From the NCBI GenBank assembly GCA_002269645.1, contig NIVC01004543.1:1-42649 (forward strand): DNA of 42,649 bases, read 5' to 3'. The notes under the pieces were generated by a model. The model was not told the origin of the DNA. It searched no databases and saw nothing but the letters and a program-made list of their open reading frames with translations. How positions within the stretch are numbered: the stretch's first letter is position 1; the number at the start of each line of letters is the position of its first letter. Below, piece after piece: positions 9,201 to 27,328 of this stretch. The position numbers were made by a program, and so were the translations under genes. This DNA comes from Macrostomum lignano (lineage: Eukaryota).

Positions 9201-12200
9201 TTTATTCATATTTCAGCATTGGCTACTAATTCTCAACAGGCTTTTAGCTTTAGAAATTCGTTGCGCTTTCGGTGAAGTCTGAAATCGGCTGTCCCAATCG
9301 TGCCAGTAAAATGATCGCCGCCTGAAGACAACAGGCTGGATTCAATAAATTGCTCCAGCACCATAAAGCTGCTGCGGGCAGCCCAGTCATTCAAGACACG
9401 CCGGAGGGCTCCATAATGCGCCATAAAACTGCAACCCGCTGGGGCAGGGGTAAAGGGGGCAGTTGGCGTTTGCAAGATGAAGCTCGAATCGCAGCAGCGC
9501 ATCAGAAGCAGGCTCTGCCTATTTGTGCCCCGAGTTTCTAATGCACTCAGAAGGCAGTGAAGCGTGCGAGGGCAGGTAGGACAATGGAGCTCAGCAATTA
9601 CTTACTCCGGTGCTCAAACGAAGCAGGCATTTTCAGCCTGTAGAGCCCAGCAGGCCGGTGCCAGCAAGACTGGGGCCGAACGCCCCCCTCCTCCCTCCGG
9701 GGCTGGAGCACCCCAGGGCTCAAACACGCACAATGGTCAGTGTTTCCATTGTTTCCCGCGCCCATCTGAGCCCAGTAAGAGTCGCTGCGAGGCAATTAGA
9801 GGCCAGAGATAGCGAGGCAAATCGTGCACGCTAGCTCGAGCCGAACACTTGTCTCTGCAAATATTGCTCTGTCTCTATGCGTCTGGAGCACAAGCTCACA
9901 GCTCACTCACTTCCATTACAGCAATTTGTCATCAAGATTGTAAAGTTTCTGCTACAAGAGAAGCAAAAACAGTCTCAACCCTGACTTGAAAATTTTCTGT
10001 GAGCAGCTGCAGCAACCTCCCCAGCCTTCTTTTCAGACCAGGGCCGCCATGCCATGATCGGGGTCTAAGAAAGAGCGGACCCAGAAACTTCAGCTTATGT
10101 CATCCTTCAAGATCTTGCAGTCAGATTCAATTGCCTGATGGGCAATTTGCCGCAAGTTTTTGTGCCACAGCTCTCGGCAGGAAGCTGGTGTAAACGATTT
10201 TTGTTAGTAAGATTTTATATACCGATACAGGATGGATGCCAAATGCAAAATATGTATAATGGCTCCTATTACTCAGTGGGGCCTACTTCGTATGCCTTGT
10301 GTTTTCAATGCTTTCAAGTCTTCAATACTTGGTCACCCGCTCACTCTCGGGACCCGATTGGGAAAGCGGGGAACGTATGAAATCGACTTCGGCAAAGACA
10401 TGACTTACCGTTGGGAATGCTTCTGGGCTTGGCTCCGATCACCGCCAGGTTTACGTTTGCCTTGCGGCCGTCGATGCACGGGTTAGGTTCCTGAATGGCC
10501 TTGAAGGCGTCCTCCGGCCGCTTCATGGTCACCTGAGGAATCCGGCGGGTTGAGCAATGGGTGATCTCAGGCTGCTTAGCAAGCCGCTTGTCCGCCGCTA
10601 CATGCGGACTCATGGGACAAACACGGGTAACGGGAGCTCAGAACGCAGATAATCCCACATCAGTGGACTGTTACAGCGATTTCACGGACAATTAGATGGC
10701 AGGTTTTATGGGCCCATAAAAACTGCAACTGGCTGGGGGGAGTCAGGCAAAGGCTGGGCGGTTGACATTAAATTTGCATGGAGAGAAGTTGGCTTAGCCA
10801 GGCCTCTGATCCGCTGTACTCCATCCCATTGTCTCCGAATCCCGTTGCATCAACGGCCAACGCCAGTCCGCACTGAAGCTTTTGCAACCCGCAGTCAGCC
10901 ATGGCTGTCGGGAAGCCGGCAACAATCCCGGAGTCTATAGATTTTAGACGCATGCGAGCCGTCGCACAGCAACCAAAGGCAAAGATTGGATCAGCAGAAG
11001 AAATGGATAGCTAACGGGGTCCCACGGTCCTATTAGCTGTAGGCCTCGCTTCGGGCCTGGGGCCTTCTTTGTCGATTGCAAGTGACTCATCAGCGCGGCT
11101 CTCACTGCGTCAGCGTGGCCCGAACTACCAGCACAAATAATTCTCGAGCCTTGTTCCACCCCGCAAAAGCCCTGCATCCCAGCCCATGCCGGGAGGCCGG
11201 GGAGTGGAGAGGGGAAGAGAATGGAACTGTCCCTATTAGAAGCAACAGTCGCAGAAATTGCGGAGGCTGCAGCAGCAAGGTCCAAACTGCACGTGTGTAC
11301 GCTCGTAGATGGCGGGATGGTGGAAGCTGGGATGCATGCTGAAGCAGGGATGCGGGCTGAGGGGCTTGCGCAGTCACTGGGAGGATGGCGGGGGGGGAAT
11401 GCGAGAAAAAGAATTACACGCGATATAAAATGCTGCCCGCTGGATTGCCTGCCCCCCGCCCACGGCAGAATTTAGGGATCCAGGCATGCTACTCATTCCC
11501 TTAGGCTTATTTTTTATTGCCTGAACTGCGGGTCCACGCGCCAGTCACCTGCAAAGCAGGTAGGCCCTGTTGCCAGGCCGGTATCAGATATTCTAGTGGA
11601 CATGGTGCTGCAGTTCCCAACTACCCGGCAATGAATCCAAAGCCCCCTTAATCCTTCGGGCATTCAGTTCGGTGTCAGTCCCAGCTCGAGCTGAAAAAGC
11701 CGCCACGCAATGCACAAAAATAAGGCCCTCCTATCTCCCATATGCTGAGCTGCAGGTTCTGCGCTCCTGCATACAAGCATTTTTAACATGGACCGCTGAC
11801 GAGGCCGCATGCAGCAGGAAGAAAAAGAGATAAAGATTCAGCCAGTTCGTGGAGCGAGATAAAGCTGCCGGTCCGTGGAGCCGGCTGCAGGTGACGCAAG
11901 TGCGCCGCCGTGCCGCAGCGCTGCTGTTCGGTTTGGCTGGCCTGGTAAATGCTGACTGGCCCGTGCATGCGAGTTGATTTCGTGATCCGCGGACTTGAAT
12001 TTGAAGTGCAGGCACAAAATCGAAAACATGCAGGCCAAAATTAATGGGCCTCAGAGCCACCCTGTCTACTAAATTAGTTGATTCACAAATGGCAATTCAG
12101 CACAGCAATTCATAACCAACTTCAAAGCGTGAATCTCGGCGCTTTATGATATGTCTCAAAATGCATTAATAATAATTGCCCATCTTGTTAGCAGCTGCTA

Positions 12201-12419
12201 TGGATCTAACAGGAAGAGTAAACTCACGAATCCATAACCGCGGCTCTTGTTGGTGTTGCGGTCGGTGATGACCACCGCCTCCTCCAGCTCCCCGAACTGC
12301 TCGAAGTAGCTGCGCAGGGTCTCGTCGCTGGTGTGGTAGGGCAGGCCGCCCACGAAGATCTTAGTGTAGGTCGTATCCTTCTGTTGCATCAGGGGAGACG
12401 AGGAAGAGGAGGAGGACAT
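6280..12419 (-). CDS. RBM24: RBM24/RBM38 (SUP-12-like) RRM RNA-binding protein, 256 aa. Exons 12419-12228, 10532-10409, 8694-8628, 6905-6677, 6438-6280
   Basis: [18 protein letters not shown]...[13 protein letters not shown]...KSRGYGF|VTM...[20 protein letters not shown] is the family signature. All introns are GT-AG with matching phases (0,1,2,0), and the total of 771 nt is divisible by 3. The Ala/Gln/Tyr-rich tail ends QERAQ*. The RBM24 versus RBM38 paralog cannot be resolved. Confidence 0.88.
8322..8591. repeat. 27-bp tandem repeat x10 in RBM24 intron 3
   Basis: Unit GCTCGCATCTGCTACTGCAAAGCGAAT with a variant ...GCAAGACGAAT. Order of variants: A A A A B A B B B A. Confidence 0.95.
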
Positions 12420-12620
12420 GCTTCGGGAGAGCGGTTTTCTTGCTTGTAGATGGTCGAGTATTTCAAATCGAAGTGGAAGCGGGCGGTGGGCGAGAGGAGT
12501 TTCCTTCGGGCAAAGCTGACTGCACTGGGCACAAGTTTAGTTGGGCTAGCTTGTCCGTCTGCTGGTGGGGCCTTTAAAGCGCTACGAGGGAAGGAAAGCG
12601 TGGGCTGAGGGGGCTTGAGG

Positions 12621-12726
12621 CAGCCAATGCACACTAACGCTAAATGGCGGCCCGCGCAGCCAATGGGAGACCGCCGATACCAAGCTGGTATTGCAGGTAT
12701 CGAGATATCCAGACAGACAGCCAATG
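12621..12726. promoter_or_regulatory. Three CAGCCAATG (NF-Y CCAAT-like) boxes upstream of RBM24
   Basis: CCAAT at 12624, 12660 and 12721, each in an identical CAGCCAATG context, 200-300 bp upstream of the ATG in GC-rich sequence. Confidence 0.5.
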
Positions 12727-12739
12727 CACAGAAGGACCA

Positions 12740-12786
12740 CTTTACTTTACTTTACTTTACTTTACTTTACTTTATCTTTACTTTAA
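12740..12786. repeat. (TTTAC)n pentanucleotide microsatellite
   Basis: Six perfect TTTAC units at 12741-12770 plus degenerate copies. Confidence 0.9.
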
Positions 12787-15700
12787 TGAATTTCGGACAC
12801 GTCTGGTAGAGCTACTTAATCTGAATTCGCTTGGTGGCTGGTTGTGTGTGCCTTTAATAATACGAGAGAATATTACGAACATTAGATCATTGTTCTGATA
12901 TAAAACTGCTGCAAAAGCACAGAAAATCTTCATCGGTCACGAGCCACGACCGCTGCAGTCAAAATTAACCCGGGACTCCTAGAGTTTACCCAGATGAAGC
13001 ACATTATGTAGCGGCAAACATATTTCTACCTCACCAGTGCAGCCGCGCCACCATCGAAAGCTGACATCTCCCACTACTTTCATCACCGTCTGCTTCCATC
13101 CCTTATCTGCACGCGTGTCTCTCTGCACCGCTATACTTACTAATGAGGAAGGCGCCACAGCCACAGCTGCTCGGAAGACAGCAGAGATGATGGCGGGAAG
13201 CCTGATTATTTAATTCTCTTCCATCCCACTGGACGTGGGATTCACAGCGACTGCGCACTGGCTGAGGCAAAATTATACTTGGGAGGAATAAAGGCACAAT
13301 AGACCTCTTGTTTATTGTTTAAGCTGACTGCTGCGCGCCACCCACTCCAGTGGAGGCAGTTCTCGCAGCCTCATCCCCCAGGAAATCGGGGCTTTCATCT
13401 CTCTCCTGCGTGTCTGACAGGCAGCGCTGCACTCTGCTGCTTTTTTACACCGGCAATGCTCACCTGTTTCTGTTCGCATCGGCTGTATTTTATGTTCAAT
13501 GAGCCACCTACCCTCCTCAGATTTTCCACGGGACGCACAGCAGCTATCGTACCGCAGCTATCATGCAGTAAAAAGCCACTTAATTTGTAGTTCTCTGGTG
13601 TGCCTCAAGTGCAGGCTAAGCTTGGCTTCTGTAGGATATAAAATTGGTTTAGCTTAGGGAAAGCTTTGCGTCATCTTTTTGTACGTTTCACAGCCTATCA
13701 TAGGTTTACACTAGTTTATACCACAGCCACAAACGATACATATATATAGTTACCCCGAAAACCAAGACTTAACCATACAATAGACAGATACTTATAGGAT
13801 CGGGAACTGCGCGAGACATTAATTACCCAGAATCGATAATAGAAAGCTGCAATCAACTGCTTTCTCAATTCGGTGGATAATGGCTGGGTGAGAGTTCCTT
13901 ATTATTAGTAGAAATCCGCATACGCTCGTATAGCATAGATTTCACTCCAATTTACCAAATCCCATCTCACTAGCCAGCTTCACCGATATTCTCATACATT
14001 CGCACCAACTATGCATATCCACATACACTATCTGCTAAATGTTGAATTAAACAACTAACGACTGTTTTACCGACAAGCAGCGTGCTACTTTGTGCTACTT
14101 GTACAAGTTTTCAAACCAGTATCCACACCGAGTCTCTGCAGCTACTCTGCCGTCTTTAAAAATTATTTTATGAACTTTTAGCCGACCGTTAAAGACGCGC
14201 TTATACACGCGCTTAGACAGCGCATTCCCGGCAGCTTTGAGCATTCGAATAAGGGACGGCTCAATATGAGACTTAGGCTGGTAGTAGCTCACACCCACCC
14301 TGCTGCTGTTCGGAGATTATCCTACTTACTTAAAAAGGCTCAGATTTAGAACCGCACGGATAACTCGGCTCTGAAGCTCCGAATACGAGCAGGCAGCATG
14401 CGGGATTTTGCATGCATCGGCGGGCACTTTCAACGGCAGTCGCATAAGAAATTCCGCATGAGCCCCCAGCACCCGTGCTAAGCCTCTCACCAAGAGCACA
14501 GTCTTCCCGGCGATTAGCGACCGGGTCTAATTAAGCAGCATAGATTACCTGTGGCAGCTCTATTCAAATGGGATGCGGGGACGCAGCTGGGACCGTGGAT
14601 GCATCGCGACACTTGCTTAGCGAGGAAAACATTTTCATCAAGGGCCTCAAAAATCCTGAGCGAATAAAATCACAGGGAGGTCCACGAGGCAATTTTAGCT
14701 GTACAGAATAAAGCTTTGCGGGTCTGAAGGCTCAGTTTATTTATTCGTTGGGACAAAAGCCGAATAGAGGCTAAAAAAATAATGATGGAGTCAGACGCCA
14801 ACGCCAGCTGCTCTTCCATCTGCAGAAAATGAGCGCCCAGTTTCTGGCGCGATTTTCCCCCAAAAGTCGCACCTGAGAAGCTTAGCCTGCAAATCTTCGA
14901 AAATAGTTATTCGCATTGAACTGTGCGGCTCTGCGAAAATGTTACCACAGCAAGCTGCAACACGGGCCGGGTCAGGCACCAGAACAGAAGCGCTCTGCAT
15001 CCAAAAGTGAAGGGAACTTGAAGATTTCCATGGACACAACAAAATGCTCGGAGCGTAAAACTATTGCGGTATACAGCGGATTAGAATATAAAAGTGCTAA
15101 AACTGTCAGATTCGCGGATTGGACCATTGGGTCTTGATTAACTGCACAACAATTTAAATAAAAATGATTAAAATATTCGATAATCAGTGTATCTTAATTG
15201 CACAACAAAACGAGAAAGCACAGAAATGCACAACACAAAGTATGCTGGAATGGGGACTACACAGTAATAAAACAAAAGATAATTTGTGGATGAAAAATAT
15301 TTAGAGTTGCGATTGATTTTTGTTAAAAAGTTCCATAATTCCGTAGGAACAAAAGCTACTCTTGTCAAGTATGTGAGGGATAAGCTGTAAAAGGGAAATC
15401 ATGCAGTGTGCTAGACTGCTTCTAGCGCGAAAGCAAGGCAAAAGCCAAACTGCAGTTGAATGTAGGGCAGATGGATGAACCATACGAAAAATGGCGCAAC
15501 AGAGGCTTATTGCATTGGGTAGGCAAAAGATGCAATAAAATGACCACGACAGGCTACTGACTAGTAATAACGATTGCGACAAGGAGAGTAGCAGTATAGA
15601 GGCTTTGTCGGAATTTGCATAGATAAAAAATATAAATGATATAGATGCGCTCTGGAGTTCAAGTAGAAGGTGTGTACGGATTAGAAATAAAAAACTCACA

Positions 15701-16097
15701 AATAAATTTGCATTGCGAAGTTTTTGGAAGCGAACTCCGCGAATTCGGGGCTGTCATTGCTGAGAGATCAATCAGGATGGCTATAACAGCAATAAAATAG
15801 GCGTTTCCAAAACAGGACTAAGTTTCTGCTTTCACAACCAGAACTCATGGTCAGAAGAGATGGGTAATTCAGACGTCATCATAAAATAATCCTCCCTAAC
15901 AATCCTGCAACGAGAACAATCTTAAACTTGAATGCAGCCCAGCAGCTCCCACTCCGGTCAACGAAAGGCGGGCAGCGGGGCACAAAAACGTGGGTGCAAA
16001 TTGGACAAATAAGTTTGTGAGAGCAAAGACAAAGAGACAGTTGGTGCAGACACAGAAAGCTAGCAGTAATAAGAGCGTACGAGCAAAAGTTGGATTA

Positions 16098-21256
<5,159 letters not shown>

Positions 21257-21525
21257 TGGCGCTAGAAATACGATTAGTGTGGCTGACATGAACACAAAAC
21301 ACAAAAAATGTTACTAAGATCTTAAAAACAGAAAATTTTAACATAATTTATGCAGCATTGATTGTTCTTTCATTGAATTTCTCAAGGTTTTAAAGTAATG
21401 AAAGCATCGAAAATTATTATTTATTTAATGAGTTTACTTTGAACTCGAATTAAATATCTAAAACATTTTAACTATTAACAAGGAATGTAAAGAGATAAGG
21501 AAGGATAGATACAAAGGAAGATAGA

Positions 21526-21600
21526 TTTAAATATATAAATTTAAATTTAAATTTAATTTAATTTAATTTAATTTAATTTAAATTTAATATATAAATTTAA
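21526..21600. repeat. Pure A/T microsatellite, (ATTTA)n-like
   Basis: tttaaatatataaatttaaatttaaatttaatttaattt... with no G or C over 75 bp. Confidence 0.85.
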
Positions 21601-24550
21601 TGACGCACAAATAAGTATGGTCTAATAGCTTAAATATCGAGGCAAAATTTAGCAATTTTTTTAGAATCTTAACCCTTGAAATCTTCGTCAATGGAATTCT
21701 ATCTATTAAAATTTATTAAAATTCTAATTAATGAACTCATACTTAATAGAATCCAGTTGGTGGAATCGTAGCCCATAAAATTGAAATTAATAAAATCTTA
21801 TTCAGTAGAACCTGAGTAAAAGAAATCCTATCAAATTCATTTTTTGTTGTTCAAAAAAGCAGTTTCTTAATCTGGAGATAAAGTATTCAAATTTTTATTA
21901 GTTAAGTTTCTGCTAATATTTAATATATATTAAATTATATTGCTACCAGCATGACACTAAAAAAGTATTTGTCTATTTACACTGCTGGCACAAGCAGATT
22001 GGGGGCATATGAAACAACTACTTTGGCAGAGGCTGGGACTAGAAGGGACTAGAAAATGGGACTAACAATTTTTTGGTAAAATACTATCTACTGTCTTATC
22101 ACTATCTGCTCACTTTTTGGTCTTTACCCCCAGGGTCTGCCTCTGGGCTTGTGAAATTTCTGGTTGTACTCCCCATGTCTCCAATCCTCCCAACTACCTA
22201 GATGTTATTTAGAATATATGAAATTTCAATGGAAATTTAATTATGATAAAATTTAATTTTTTCATTATATCTTTCTGTAAATTCATTATATCTTAACATC
22301 TTTCACACAAGCTAGTTCATATAATCTAACTAAAGATCGAATCATATTTTTCTATATAATTTAAAATTTACTTTTCCTTTTTTATTTACCATAATACATT
22401 TGCTAGTTAGAAATCTGAAACTAGAATTTGTGCATTCTTGATTTAAAGTTGGATTTTGTGGTAAAAGTAAGAGATTATATAGTATTATTCTCAACAAAAT
22501 TACTATGATATTAGATTAGAACACTACGAATAAGGTCTAAGTATTCATAATCAGAATCCTTGTATTATATTTTGTAATTTTAATTTGATAAAGGATTGTA
22601 AAGACGAATGAACAACTTATAATAATCTACAAATGAAAAGCTTCTAAAATTTTCAATAAATTGCAATAACATATACAATCATATGCATTGTTATTGCTAT
22701 AGGCTGAAAGTAATATTATTACCAAGTGTTGTCCAGGCTATATTGTGTTCCATTCTGTTCGGCATTGTATCTAACAATTCTAGCAGGAGAGGGGCTTTTA
22801 GGTTTTAGTTTGATAGCGAGATATGAGTAGTTAGCAAATTATATGCATAATAAATATATTAAAATATGTCCACTACTAAATGGTCACATTTACAACTGGA
22901 CTTGAAATTCTTTTTATTATCGCTGGTTTTAAATTTCCGCTTCAACAATTACACGAGCCGCGATACAACAAATGCATTAGAGGGATAATATTTTTTGTAT
23001 CTATGTATTTTGTTTCGATTGCTCTGTGCATTGGAAAAAAACTAAAAAAATATTCACAACTGACTCGTTTTAGCCTTGTTTCATCAACTAATTTAATCGT
23101 CATTCGTCATATTGTAACAAACACTAAGCGAATTTTGGTAATTGTGCTAATTAAAACTGCAAAGACGAACCATATGCTCCGGCCAGCACCAAGTTACTGG
23201 ATTAAAAGCTTATAGTTATTATTAAATAATGCACATTAAAAGTTATAGTTCATTGATCATGACGATCCACATTCTGATACTCAATTTAATTAGTAGTATG
23301 CCCTAAGCAATGTTGTGCAATCGTGCCCTTTTTGCTCTCGCACCAAGCCCCAACTCTTATAGTCGGCTTCAACCCTCCAGTTTTCTCAATCAGTGAATAC
23401 ACTGATCACGCCACCTCACCCCTCATTCACCCTAACCGTACTGTAAATTTGCACTCAAATTAGAATTAAGAAGGCGCCCAACACAATAGATATTTTTAAT
23501 TGGCAACATGTACGAGTAGATGTACGAGCTCGTACTAAATATAAAAACGCTCTTAAAGTGTACGTAGCTAGGACGCTTCATTCGGCTTTCTTAGAAATAC
23601 ATGTAAGCTGCTGGAGGATGGTCATTATAAGAACGTATGCATGACGTATTTAATATTCAACTCTCTACAACGCGATTTGCGAGTGTAGCGTCCAACTTCA
23701 GTTTATTTGCTCATGTCTCAGACTCGAAAATCTATAGTGGGTTTTAGTCTCGGTCTAAACAATCTAAAACGCTAAAAAATGACAAAACTGCTACTCTGGA
23801 TCTTTGCAGAGCCTCGATTTACGAAGTAAGCAGTTCATTTGGACCACTCATTTGCATTGCAGTAGCGTATGCTCTCTGTGTAAAATTTGCTCAAACGTGG
23901 AGAAAATTAATGTGTATTATTTTATTCTTACAGTGTATATGGAGATATCATGAATGTGGAAACATCGCATTGAGGACTTAAGTCGACCTTAGTATATGCT
24001 TTGCTTGTGCACGTGCTTGTGTCGGGATTATAAATATTTCACGTAGTTCATATGCATGCAGTAACATATTTAAAGTTGCTTTTCAGTGTTTTGTGGCAAT
24101 TGGCAAATATGAGTAAAAACGAAATAAGAAGTATTAAGCGGCTATTAAGTTCATCGATAAAATTTGCACCAAGAAGTGCAATAATAGGCAAATAGGCAAA
24201 TTTACGCACACTGAATTCCGTTCTTGCGAGCGATCGCTGCGAAGAGTACAGCTAGACCCTTAAAAAAAAATTTCCAACTAGCGATTTGCAACAGCATCAA
24301 GTTCTTACCGCTTAAAACTTTCCTAATGTTGATAGTCTAAATTTGTAGAGAGCGTCCATTTTCATTGCCTACACTCTGCACCGTGGACAGTGTAGAGTTA
24401 CATGTACAGAGGACGGCTACAAAAACCAAGAGAAACCGACCATTGCAGTTAAGTAAGGTGCGCATTCAATCTTACAGCAAACCCAGACAAATAAAATCAC
24501 AAGGACGAAAAGCTCCATTAATCCGCACGGTTCAGCCCAATGTCCAATGT

Positions 24551-25862
24551 TCAGCTTGCGGCTACTTGCTGCTGTTGCGGCTGCTGTGGCTGAGGCCGAC
24601 GGCGCGTCGGTGCTGGTTCGTCTCTGGACTTCGGAGTGAACACATCCCGGTTTGTGGTGGCGGCAGCCATAGGCTCCCGGGAGAGCTCCAGTTCACCCTT
24701 CGGCCTCACGGGTGCCGGCCGCTCGCCACGCCGCGCTTCGAAGTCCTGCTGGGCGACAGTGCGGGCGGAAAAAGGCTCCGCTGTGCCTGAGTTGAGCTGC
24801 AGCTCACTGGCGTGTCGAATTGGTTCCCGCCGGGACTGCTGCCGGCTTGTCTGCGGTGCGAAGTCGCCCCTCTGGGTGGTCTCGGCTGCGAAGGCACCAG
24901 CAGGGATGCTGAGCTCCCCGCGCGGCACAATTGGTTGGCGCTTGGCAGCCACGGCGCCACCGACGCCAGCTGCGGCTCCATACTCGGCGTTGCTGCCGGC
25001 ACCACGGTTCACCATGGGCTCGGTGGACATTTGCAACTGGTCCGAGTGCCGCACTGGGCGGGCCCGCTCTGAGCCGGGAGCGGTGGTGGCAAAGTCACCA
25101 GCGTACGAGGAGCGCGCAGCAAACGGGACCTCAGGCGGCTGGTACTGCCTGTTGGGCTTGAAGCTGGCCGGCTTGGCGTCAGAAATCTGGGCTCGCTTGT
25201 AGCCAGGGAAGCTCTCCGTCTGCTCCGAGTGGCCTGCGAATGCAGCATTGGGATCTCGCAGTTGTCGGTGCTGCGACTCTGGCCGGATTGGCGGTAGGCG
25301 GACTCGGGGACCGCTGTTGGCGAACTCGTTGGAGTAGGTGGTGCGCAAGTCCATGCTACCCTCTGGCCTCTCGTAGGCGGGCTGTTGGTGTCGGTAGCGC
25401 GGCTGAGCCTGCCAGGCCTTGTAGGCATCACGGCTGCTGGACTCGCCGTTGAACGGGCCTTCGGCGCGCTCGATCTCGTTCTTCGGCCGGATCGGCTGCT
25501 GCCGCTCTGTGGAGTGCAAGAGACGCAGACTTTTACTAGAATCGTTTTTCACTATACATACTTCGTACCTATATAGCTTAGCTACCTAGCTAGTCGGATC
25601 AAGATTAGACAGAGCAATTTTCCCAGCCTTTTCCCCTACTAGTAAAATCCTGTGCCCTCTCAAGTCTTAAAAACATTCCTAAGGTGTAGGTGGATTTGTT
25701 TAAACTGAATTTCAGGTAGTCTAATTCCATAGTCAAAAGTCTTTGGGACATCAAAATGCAGAAAAGCGACTTACCGCCTTGCTTGTATTGAAAGTCAGCA
25801 CGGTTCACGGACTCCGATTGAAACGATTGAAACGGCTCGGTAGGTGGCGCAATCCAGGACAT
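24551..25862 (-). CDS. SAXO: SAXO/FAM154-like (STOP-domain) axonemal microtubule-stabilising protein, about 347 aa. Exons 25862-25775 and 25506-24551
   Basis: Repeated Mn-type motifs FQSESVNRADF, FNGESSSRDAY, MDLRTTYSNEF, FAARSSYAGDF, FAAETTQRGDF, FSARTVAQQDF and MAAATTNRDVF, separated by P-rich linkers (R.EPIR, PVRP..EL). Intron G|GTAAG...CACAG|AG is phase 1. Upstream X-boxes support a ciliary gene. The start Met is uncertain. Confidence 0.75.
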
Positions 25863-26115
25863 TCTGGCGGGCAAACTGGGAAGATAAGCAGATCAATGTA
25901 TCCACAGGATGGGTATTTCTACAGTCGCAGCAGATGCGCGGAATCCGTGAGTGGCGATTTATACATCCGAGACCCGCAGAGGGACTGTCTGTGCAGGCGG
26001 AAATATAAAACTCTCAGTGTCCTTCAAAGCGTCGCAAAGGACTGGGGGAGAGGGGAGAGCAATTGGGTGGAGGGAAGGGCAGGTCGGAGAGAAGCCATCG
26101 GCAGGAGCGCGCCCG

Positions 26116-26129
26116 GTTGCTATGGCAAC
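26116..26129. promoter_or_regulatory. RFX X-box GTTGCTATGGCAAC
   Basis: Matches the X-box consensus GTNRCC/T-N0-3-RGYAAC, about 250 bp upstream of the SAXO-like ATG. Confidence 0.7.
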
Positions 26130-26337
26130 TAGCAGAGAATTGGGGCGCGGGATACAGGGGAAGAGAAATCGATTTTCTCCTGAGTATAGAGAAAAGGGGG
26201 AAGGAGGGCGTCAGTAGGTACTCAGTTCCTGCTAAGCCGAGCGACTGCAGGGGGCGAGACAGGAAAATACAAAGCGCCGCTCCACACAATCAGCAGGAGG
26301 AGCGGGCGAGCTGGCAGTCAAGCAGGGACAGATTTCA

Positions 26338-26351
26338 GTAGCCATGGCAAC
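26338..26351. promoter_or_regulatory. RFX X-box GTAGCCATGGCAAC
   Basis: Second consensus X-box, 222 bp from the first. Confidence 0.65.
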
Positions 26352-27328
26352 TGGCCAGGCCGTGTGGCACTGAAGGCGCGAGTGCGAGGAGGCGGAAGCG
26401 TGCGACTTGAGCAAATCCAATTAGAGCTGCTGAGAACAGTGAGAATCGGTCCCGGAACTGAGCACTGTCGCAAAAGAGAAATAACTAATGGCCAGCATAG
26501 CACCGTCAGGTGGAATTGATTGCGATAAAACGCGGGCGCAGCGGCGCACGTTAAATGAAATCCGAAGCGAGGCGATTCGCAACGCAATATTGCAGCCAGT
26601 GTATTTGCGGGAAGCTTAAAAACAGGACAAAATGCAGGCCGCGCAAGGCGAAATGCAAGGGCAAACGGACCAGCGCGAGCACAATAGAAGGGCGCACAGC
26701 ACAAAGAGCAAAGTTGCACGAAAATGAAGGGCAAAAGCAAGTAAAAATCAGGCAAGAACAAAGCGGGCTCAGCAGGTTCGATGCGGCATTCAAGTGGCAG
26801 ATTAGCACAGGCAGGCTAAACAGGCCAGCAAGCGATAGAAAGAAGGGGATACCAAAAGCAGAAAAAGCACAGAAAATAATGCAGATAACTGTACTGGGAA
26901 AGGCTATAACAATATAAATGCTACTGACGGCAGTTCAGAACTGGCCAATGGGGCAAAGGCGGTGCAAAAACGCGAGTGGTGCTGCTCATCAATACAAAAA
27001 AAACAAACTCTTGGAAGCGAAACGAAGCGGAAGGAGGGAGCTGGCATGGAGAAATGTGGGCGAATCAAAATAATTTGGGTAGAATAATTTTTAATATAAC
27101 AGGAATGCAGCCGCACGCCACAAAGGCGAATGCAGCAGATGAAAGCGCATGAACTCACGAGCTCACAGAGCTAACAGACAGTCCCCAGATCTTATAAAAA
27201 ATAAATGCGACTGCCAGGGGCCAGAAACTGATTACTAACAGTAGTTAGTGCACAGAGCTGCATGTGAAACCCAAAATGTAAAAATACAAGCAAACTCAGA
27301 AGCAATATAAAAGCAAACTTGGCTCAGC

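Noticed and set aside
9601-9830. Candidate extra RBM24 exon with a GTAAGT donor at about 9601-9605
   Set aside because: Every acceptor tested in the required phase hits a stop, and exon 8694-8628 already satisfies the phase chain.
14095-14298. 67-aa minus-strand ORF (MGVSYYQPK...) with protein-like composition
   Set aside because: Short, starts at a non-ATG codon, no motif recognised; needs a homology search.
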